NCBI GenBank assembly: GCA_049967475.1
Contig: JBMFSQ010000002.1
Span: forward strand, 224,001-288,000
DNA: 64,000 nt
Direction: 5' to 3'
DNA from: Chthonomonadales bacterium
Lineage (GTDB): Bacteria > Armatimonadota > Chthonomonadetes > Chthonomonadales > CAJBBX01
Part shown: positions 57,798 through 64,000 of the stretch, piece by piece
Numbering within the stretch: the stretch's first letter is position 1
How the letters are laid out: every line of letters begins with the position of its first letter
Program-made: the position numbers and the translations under genes
Notes under the pieces: model-generated
What the model saw: the letters and a program-made list of their open reading frames with translations, nothing else
Database searches by the model: none
Told to the model about the DNA's origin: nothing

Positions 57798-58481
57798 TTA
57801 CTCGAGGGCATCGGGTGCTGGGGCTGCTTCTCCATCGCCGTTGTCCAGGGTCTCTGAAAGATGGTAGGAAAGGACGGCCAGCTCCTGCACGAACGACACG
57901 TTCCGCACCACCACTCTTTCGGGAAGGCGCAAGATCGTAGGGGCGAAGTTGAGGATGGCCCGGATATCCGCATCCATGAGCTGCTCGGCCACGCTCTGGG
58001 CGGCGGACCGAGGCACGGCGATGATGCCGATGCGGGCGCCGAGAAGGGCGTTGACCTCTTTGACACGCGCAATATCCAAAATCTCCAGATCCCACAGATA
58101 CCGGCCGATCTTTGCGTAATTGTTATCGAACACGGCCACCAGATTGAAGCGCTGTTCCTTGAGGCCCGGATACCCTACCAGGGCGGATCCCAGATTGCCT
58201 GCTCCCACCAGGATCACCTTCTGCTCACGGTCTATCTTGAGGATGCGCGCGATGCGCCGCTGAAGATCCGCCACGTTGTACCCCACGCCCGGCTTGCCGA
58301 ACTCTCCGAAGTACGATAGATCCTTGCGGAACTGGGCCGCATTGATGCCCGTTTCGGCCTCCACCTCGGCCGAAGAAATAGTCTCGACGTGGTTGTGTTC
58401 CAGATCTATAAGGAAACGCAGGTACGTGGCGAGCCGTTCCAGCGTAGGGATCGGCACCCTCCCATTCGGAACGTTGTTCAA
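57798..58481 (-). CDS. rex: Redox-sensing transcriptional repressor Rex
   Basis: PTLERLATYLR, ISS, FRKDLSYFGEFGKPGVGY, GAGNLGSAL..Y, AILNFAP. TTG start at 58481 after GGAGGTG. Confidence 0.97.
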   Translation of the reverse strand: MNNVPNGRVPIPTLERLATYLRFLIDLEHNHVETISSAEVEAETGINAAQFRKDLSYFGEFGKPGVGYNVADLQRRIARILKIDREQKVILVGAGNLGSALVGYPGLKEQRFNLVAVFDNNYAKIGRYLWDLEILDIARVKEVNALLGARIGIIAVPRSAAQSVAEQLMDADIRAILNFAPTILRLPERVVVRNVSFVQELAVLSYHLSETLDNGDGEAAPAPDALE

Positions 58482-58559
58482 TGCGGCACCTCCGTAGCTC
58501 CCGAGCACCCGGGCCGACCATGAGCGCCTACCTGGGTGGACCGTTACGCTTTCAGCGCA

Positions 58560-58610
58560 ATTATACTCTGCCTGTCTTTGATCGTCAACAACTTGTGAAA
58601 TGCTGCACAA
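58560..58610 (-). promoter_or_regulatory. rex promoter with adjacent Rex operator
   Basis: Minus strand: TTGACG (58588-58583), 17 bp, TATAAT (58565-58560). TTGTGAAATGCTGCACAA at 58593-58610 has one mismatch to the Rex consensus TTGTGAA-N4-TTCACAA. Confidence 0.88.
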
Positions 58611-58755
58611 TTCCTTAGGCGCATAAGGCACTTCACCCAAGCAAGAAATAGGAGCGAGGGCGGCAAGGAGAAATGCCCGATGGGGTTGAATAATATATAC
58701 GTGCCGGGCCGACGGCGTCCGGAGAACCTGCCGACGCTCCCGCAAGGAGGACACG

Positions 58756-59778
58756 ATGTTTCACGTAGCCATCATAGGCGCCGGTGGAATGGCCGGCCAG
58801 CATGCACGAAGTTATGCAGAACTGCCCAATGCACGCGTAACGGGCGTGATGGATATCCGCAAAGAGGCTGCGGAGGCCCTAGCCGCTCAACATGAGGCCA
58901 AAGCCTTTACGGACGCGGCACAGATGCTGGCATCCGTCCCCTTCGATATCGTGGACATATGCGTTCCCACTCCGTGGCATGCGGAATATGTAATCCAGGC
59001 TGCTGCAGCCAAGCCGCGAGGCATCGTGGTAGAGAAGCCCATGGGCCGCACGGTGGACGATTGCCGCCGCATCATCGCCGCATGTGAGGATGCGGGCGTC
59101 CCTCTCTTTCCTGCTCATGTCTTGCGCTTCTTTCCGGAATTCGCGGCTGCCCGCAACAAGATCCTGGCCGGCGCCGTAGGCAGGCCCGCTACGGTGCGCA
59201 CTCGCCGGGGCGGCCCATTCCCCCGCGCGTGGAACAATTGGTACGGCAAGATAGATTGGAGCGGCGGCCTCATCATGGATCTGACCATCCATGACTTCGA
59301 TTGGCTGCGGTGGACCTTTGGCGAGGTGGAGCGCGTATACGCTCGCGGCTTAGCCGCATCCTGCCCGCAGGGCGGGGAGTTGGAACGCGACTACGCGCTC
59401 ATTACGCTGCGCTTCGAGAACGGTGTGATGGGTCACGTAGAAGGAACCTGGGCCGATCCGGGCGGCTTTAAGGTTACCTTCGAAGTGGCCGGCGACGAGG
59501 GCCTCCTCGAATACAACTTCAACCAACCTGCACCGGTGCCCTTCGAACTTGTGCGCGCGCGCACCGAGGGAGGTGGGCCCGGCGTTCCCGTCCCCGAGAG
59601 CCCCGTCGCTACGAGCCCGTACACGCTGGAGCTCCAGCACTTTTTGGAATGCCTGGAAAGCGGCGCCCGCCCGTTGGTGTCACCCCACGACGGTCTGGAA
59701 GCTGTGCGCATCGCCGAAGCGGCGCTTGCTTCGGTACATACGGGCCGGCCCATCCGCATCAGCCACGGCGATGTTTGA
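58756..59778 (+). CDS. Gfo/Idh/MocA-family oxidoreductase
   Basis: IIGAGGMA, VPTPWH, VEKP, HVLRFFP, DLTIHDFD. AAGGAGG RBS. Confidence 0.94.
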   Translation: MFHVAIIGAGGMAGQHARSYAELPNARVTGVMDIRKEAAEALAAQHEAKAFTDAAQMLASVPFDIVDICVPTPWHAEYVIQAAAAKPRGIVVEKPMGRTVDDCRRIIAACEDAGVPLFPAHVLRFFPEFAAARNKILAGAVGRPATVRTRRGGPFPRAWNNWYGKIDWSGGLIMDLTIHDFDWLRWTFGEVERVYARGLAASCPQGGELERDYALITLRFENGVMGHVEGTWADPGGFKVTFEVAGDEGLLEYNFNQPAPVPFELVRARTEGGGPGVPVPESPVATSPYTLELQHFLECLESGARPLVSPHDGLEAVRIAEAALASVHTGRPIRISHGDV

Positions 59779-60259
59779 TCCGGTTTGGTGGGAAGCGTTG
59801 ATTACCGGAACCGAGTGCGCCTATTGTCGTCGGGCGGCGCCGTCGGACCCTGAATTACGTGTCCCCGTGGGGACACTGCCTTCCGGCGAGGTATTCCTGC
59901 AACGAGACGGCAACTTTCCGGGATACTGCATTCTGTACCTGCGCCGGCATGCCGCTGAACTCTTCGAATTGACGCCGTCCGAGCGGGCATCGCTGATAGA
60001 AGATGTGGCCGCCCTCGCCCACGCCATCTGGACTGTCTGCCGGCCCAGCAAGCTTAATTACGCTATTTTGGGCAACGAGTTGCCGCATCTCCATGTTCAC
60101 GTGATCCCGCGCTACCCCGATGACGGATGGTGGGGCAAGCCCATCTGGCTGCGCCCCCATCAAGAGCGGGTGGAACTACCGGAGCCCAGGGCCCGCGAAA
60201 TCGCGGAAGCCCTCCGAAGAGAACTCTCATCCTACGAAGGACAAAGCCATGAGCGTTAA
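59771..60259 (+). CDS. HIT-family nucleotide hydrolase
   Basis: N-terminal CAYC, PGYCIL, KLNYAILGNELPHLHVHVIPRY (HxHxH triad). Overlaps both neighbours. Confidence 0.9.
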   Translation: MFDPVWWEALITGTECAYCRRAAPSDPELRVPVGTLPSGEVFLQRDGNFPGYCILYLRRHAAELFELTPSERASLIEDVAALAHAIWTVCRPSKLNYAILGNELPHLHVHVIPRYPDDGWWGKPIWLRPHQERVELPEPRAREIAEALRRELSSYEGQSHER

Positions 60260-61241
60260 AATCGGCATCATGAGCGTGGCCCATATGCACGCGTACAGCT
60301 ATGCGTCTGCGATCCAACAGATTTCGTCAGCCCAACTCGTCGGCATCGCCGATCATGACCGCGAACGAGCCCGCAGCGCTGCCGCGCGCTTCAATGTAAA
60401 GGCTTTTGACACCTACGATGAGCTCCTCGCCCAAGAACTGGACGCCGTCGTCATCGGTTCCGAGAATGCGCGCCACCGCGATCTGGTCGAGATGGCCGCC
60501 GCTGCAGGCAGGCACGTGCTGTGCGAAAAGCCCCTGGCCACCACCCTTGCCGATGGTGAAGCTATGTTGGCCGCGTGCAAGCAAGCCGGCGTCCAATTGA
60601 TGACCGCATTTCCATGCCGCTTCAGCCCCGCTATGCAGCGCCTGAAGAATGCGGCGGACGCCGGGGCCATCGGTGCCATCCTTGCCATGCGCGGCACCAA
60701 CCGGGGCCGATGCCCCTTCGGGTGGTTCACCGATTTGGCCCTTTCCGGAGGCGGAGCAGTGATAGACCACACCGTACACGTAACGGACCTCATGAGATGG
60801 GTCCTCAAACGCGAGGTAACCAGGGTCTATGCCGAAATCTCCAACGCCATGTTCCACAAAGAATTTGAGGACTGCGGCTTCCTTACCCTGGAATTCGAAG
60901 GCGGTGTGTTTGCAACGCTGGACAGCAGTTGGTCCCGCCCCAAATCCTTCCCCATTTGGGGGGACGTGACGCTCTGCGTTACTGGGGAACAGGGCGTTGC
61001 GTCGGCAGATCTGTTCAGCCAGAACCTCGTACTCTACTCGGATCGTACGGGCGGTGTCACCTGGGAAGGATGGGGCAGCAACGTGGATCTGCTCATGCTT
61101 CAAGAGTTCATCAAAGCCATCGAAGCAGACGAACCGGTCCCCGTTAGCGGCGAAGACGGCTTCGCGGCAGCCAAGGTGGCTCTGGCAGCCTATGCCTCTG
61201 CCCGCATCGGTGAGCCTGTCACCCTAGCGGAACTACGCTGA
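60249..61241 (+). CDS. Gfo/Idh/MocA-family oxidoreductase
   Basis: SENARH, HVLCEKPLA, AFPCRFSP, GGGAVIDHTVH. Confidence 0.94.
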   Translation: MSVKIGIMSVAHMHAYSYASAIQQISSAQLVGIADHDRERARSAAARFNVKAFDTYDELLAQELDAVVIGSENARHRDLVEMAAAAGRHVLCEKPLATTLADGEAMLAACKQAGVQLMTAFPCRFSPAMQRLKNAADAGAIGAILAMRGTNRGRCPFGWFTDLALSGGGAVIDHTVHVTDLMRWVLKREVTRVYAEISNAMFHKEFEDCGFLTLEFEGGVFATLDSSWSRPKSFPIWGDVTLCVTGEQGVASADLFSQNLVLYSDRTGGVTWEGWGSNVDLLMLQEFIKAIEADEPVPVSGEDGFAAAKVALAAYASARIGEPVTLAELR

Positions 61242-61263
61242 ACGCATCAGCCGAGGAACGTCC

Positions 61264-63585
61264 ATGATGGTACTACTCGTATGGGCTGTTGCCGCCTTGA
61301 GTACACCGCCTGCACCCCAGCTTGCACAGGCAGGACCTCTAGCCCTGGGCTCCGTGCAGCCCAACCGCGCTGCGGTGCCCCTATTCGGCAAATTCGAGCT
61401 TACCCTGGGTCTCACAGCCACGTACCAGAACCCCTTTGACCCAGCGCAAATAGACGTCTGGGCCGTCTTCAAATCTCCGCATGGCCGTAAGATGCGCGTC
61501 AACGGCTTTCTGGATCAGCCATTTAACCGACGCCTCGTCAACGGCCGAGAAGAGATCATCCCTGCGGGTGCACCCATTTGGCGGGTGCGCTTCGCCGCCG
61601 ACGAGACGGGCGTCTGGACCTACTGGGTGTATGCACGGGACCTCTCGGGAGAACGGCAGGTGGGCCCTCGAAAGTTCCGCGTGACGCCGGCCCCGGATCC
61701 GGGCTTCGTAGGTGTCGCCCGCCGAAACCCCCGCGTCTTCGCCTTCCAAAACGGCCGGCCTTTCTTCGCTGTGGGAGAAGACATGTGCTGGGGCGGCCCG
61801 AGAGGATCGTTTGATTACGACGCATGGCTAGCCAAGTTGGCCAGGGCCGGCGGCAACTGGATCCGCATCTGGATGTGTAGTTGGAACTGCGGGCTGGAGT
61901 GGACCGCTGAGCCCCATGGAGACTGGCGCACAGGCGATTACCACGGCCTCGGCGTTTACAGCCTGGACAACGCCTGGAAGTTGGATCATATCCTAGACAC
62001 CGCAGCCTCCAACCACATCCGGGTGATGCTCTGCTTCGGTACGTACGGGGAGCTTGCCAGCGGAGGGTACTTCAACGAGGGGCAATGGAAGGCGAACCCG
62101 TACAACGCCGCCAATGGAGGACCTTGCTCCAGCCCTGACGATTTCTGGACGAACCCGCGCGCACGAGCCCTCTACCGCCAACGGTTGCGGTACATCGCAG
62201 CACGATATGGATGGCGAACCAACATCCACTCCTGGGAGCTGTGGAACGAAATTGCGGCGGATACGCCGGCCAAAGTCGCCTGGCACGCGGAAATGGCTCA
62301 ATTCCTCAAAGGGACGGGCCCATTCAAGGGTCATCCGGCGGACCCTTTCCATCACCTGCTCACTACCTCCTATGGCTCCGACGCCCTCTGGCGCATGCCC
62401 GAATACGACTTCACCCAAACGCACCATTACGGCGTAGGCACAACTCCGGACCATGCTCCAGTGGTCCATGCGGATGCCCTCTCCTTTTCGCGCTTCCAAA
62501 AACCGCACCTCATGAGCGAGTTCGGCATAGACTGGCGCAAGTCCGACCGCGATTACGATCCCAAAGGCCTCGGTGTAAACCTCCACAATGCCATCTGGTC
62601 CGCCGCCGCAAGCGGAGACGCCGGCACTGCCATGATCTGGTATTGGGACAACTACGTGGACCCCCTCGATCTCTACCGGGAATACACCGCGCTCAGCCGC
62701 TTTGCAAAGCGGATAGACTGGACTGCAGGAACTTGGAACGAACTCGCCTTCGACGCCCCCCGCATCGAGCGCGGTCCCTTCCACTACACCGACCTCGTAC
62801 TTCCTACTGCCCAGGAATGGCGCAAGCCCGAGACGACCGCCATACCCATCAAGCCTGTAAGCTCGGCAGCGAACGTCCGTATACCCGGCTTCCTGTTCGG
62901 ACCAGCCAAACCGGATCTCAAAGCTGATATCACCCTAGCCATTCATCCCGAACACCCCGGCAAATTGATTGTTCATGTGGACACCGTGTCGGACCGGTCA
63001 CGCTTGCGCATTTTGTTGGACGGGAAGGTAGCGCTGGATCATCGCTTTTCCGCAGCCCCGGCAGAACCCCACGAATACGAAACCTCCGAACTGCGCAAGG
63101 AGTGGAATATCTATCAGGCCCGCTTCAACCGAGATTACTCCGTGCCCTTTCCCGCCGGCAGACACGTGATCACACTCCAGAATACGGAAGGCGACTGGAT
63201 GAGCATCTCGTCCATCACGCTCACATCCTATCGGAGCAGCCGGTTCCCCGATGTAAACCTCTATGGGTTGACCCGGCGCTCGGAAGCCTTCTTCTGGGTT
63301 CAGAATGGGGCGCACAATTGGAAAAACGTAGCCGACGGCCGCCCCATTCCAGTTCTCACAGGCGTTACGACACACCTTCACGGGCTTTCCCCAGGAAGAT
63401 ACGTCGTGGAGTGGTGGGATACGCAAATAGGGCGCGTTATAAGCCGCACACGCACGCAAACAGACGCAGCCGGTTTGCCTTTGCGCCTTCCAGATTTGAA
63501 AGCCGATTTGGCGGCCGTCATCGTACCTATGTCGGCCGGACCGGCTCGTTCTTTGAGTGCAACCCATATGAGGAGGAAACATTGA
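61264..63585 (+). CDS. Secreted DUF5060-domain GH5-like glycoside hydrolase
   Basis: Signal peptide; YQNPFDP, WRVRFA, GGNWIRIW, WELWNE, HHY, MSEFG, WYWD; C-terminal VEWWDT. Confidence 0.85.
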   Translation: MMVLLVWAVAALSTPPAPQLAQAGPLALGSVQPNRAAVPLFGKFELTLGLTATYQNPFDPAQIDVWAVFKSPHGRKMRVNGFLDQPFNRRLVNGREEIIPAGAPIWRVRFAADETGVWTYWVYARDLSGERQVGPRKFRVTPAPDPGFVGVARRNPRVFAFQNGRPFFAVGEDMCWGGPRGSFDYDAWLAKLARAGGNWIRIWMCSWNCGLEWTAEPHGDWRTGDYHGLGVYSLDNAWKLDHILDTAASNHIRVMLCFGTYGELASGGYFNEGQWKANPYNAANGGPCSSPDDFWTNPRARALYRQRLRYIAARYGWRTNIHSWELWNEIAADTPAKVAWHAEMAQFLKGTGPFKGHPADPFHHLLTTSYGSDALWRMPEYDFTQTHHYGVGTTPDHAPVVHADALSFSRFQKPHLMSEFGIDWRKSDRDYDPKGLGVNLHNAIWSAAASGDAGTAMIWYWDNYVDPLDLYREYTALSRFAKRIDWTAGTWNELAFDAPRIERGPFHYTDLVLPTAQEWRKPETTAIPIKPVSSAANVRIPGFLFGPAKPDLKADITLAIHPEHPGKLIVHVDTVSDRSRLRILLDGKVALDHRFSAAPAEPHEYETSELRKEWNIYQARFNRDYSVPFPAGRHVITLQNTEGDWMSISSITLTSYRSSRFPDVNLYGLTRRSEAFFWVQNGAHNWKNVADGRPIPVLTGVTTHLHGLSPGRYVVEWWDTQIGRVISRTRTQTDAAGLPLRLPDLKADLAAVIVPMSAGPARSLSATHMRRKH

Positions 63586-64000
63586 TGCCGGAACTTGGGA
63601 TCGGCGTGATCGGCTGCGGAGCCATGGCCCGAGACCTCGCCCGCCGCTGCATAACACTGGGAGCGCGCATAACAGCCGTGAGCGACCCAGACCCTCAGGC
63701 TCTTGCCAAAGCAGCTTCCGAACTTGGGGCTGCGCCTGTAAACGACACTCGAGAGATGTGCGCCCGCCCCGATGTTCACGCGGTGCTCGTCGGTTCCCCG
63801 CCGGGGAGCCATCTCGAGAACGTCCTCGCGGCGGCAGAAGCGGGCAAACCCGTTTATTGCGAAAAACCCCTAGGCATTAACGTCGCGCAGTGTGACCAGA
63901 TGATCGCCGCATGCCGCAACGCGGGCGTCGGCCTCTTCGTAGGGCAGGTGCTGCGCCTTTTTCCCCTATTCTGGCAGTCCCGGGTGCTCATTGACGAGGG
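63585..64000 (+). CDS. Gfo/Idh/MocA-family oxidoreductase, N-terminal part (runs off the window)
   Basis: Manual translation from ATG 63585 (TGATG overlap, GAGGAGG RBS): MPELGIGVIGCGAMA...SPPGSH...GKPVYCEKPLG...VGQVLRLFP. Confidence 0.92.
   Translation, partial: MPELGIGVIGCGAMARDLARRCITLGARITAVSDPDPQALAKAASELGAAPVNDTREMCARPDVHAVLVGSPPGSHLENVLAAAEAGKPVYCEKPLGINVAQCDQMIAACRNAGVGLFVGQVLRLFPLFWQSRVLIDE

Noticed and set aside
52171..58754. Long N-terminal extensions on nadB, hemC, ccsA, hemA and rex in the ORF track (apparent fusions or large overlaps)
   Set aside because: They come from taking the farthest upstream start. Family N-termini, RBSs and ATGA overlaps support the shorter starts.
1..64000. 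Mobile elements, prophage or defence systems
   Set aside because: I see no transposase, integrase, phage, toxin-antitoxin or restriction motifs, no terminal inverted repeats and no obvious compositional island.

Overview
A gene-dense, high-GC chromosomal window with about 45 CDS. I found no tRNA, rRNA, CRISPR array, transposase or integrase. The prepilin-type H-X9-DG protein starting [30 protein letters not shown] and the many secreted glycan-active proteins suggest Armatimonadota (inference). Left to right: (1) an RND efflux pair (permease truncated at the window edge, plus a long lipoprotein adaptor) divergent from a secreted subtilase that ends in 14 NAIWG units and has two perfect TGTGA-N6-TCACA CRP/FNR-type boxes upstream; (2) dnaE; (3) a sugar-catabolism region: LacI regulator, H-X9-DG pseudopilin, small partner protein, xylB, GtrA, a beta-helix protein, a repeat lipoprotein, xylA, an HExxH multidomain protein, a PhnP-like hydrolase, CRTAC1-like, FlgD/NHL, UroD-like and DUF4038 proteins; (4) cell-wall genes: PBP1A, PBP2, DeoR-glmS; (5) a stand-alone SecD-head-like protein and a GH5-like enzyme; (6) ricT, gpsA, an M42 peptidase and an aminotransferase; (7) a rex-led tetrapyrrole cluster (sirC-hemA-ccsA-hemC-nadB-M16-M16-cobA/hemD-hemB) with a Rex box, in which nadB and an M16 peptidase pair are translationally coupled; (8) a Gfo/Idh/MocA-HIT-DUF5060 operon running off the end. 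The best leads are the subtilase with its Trp-hexapeptide tail and double CRP box, the LacI-pseudopilin-partner module tied to xylose genes, the Rex heme/NAD/M16 operon and an unexplained structured gap after glmS. All calls come from reading motifs by eye; no database search was run.
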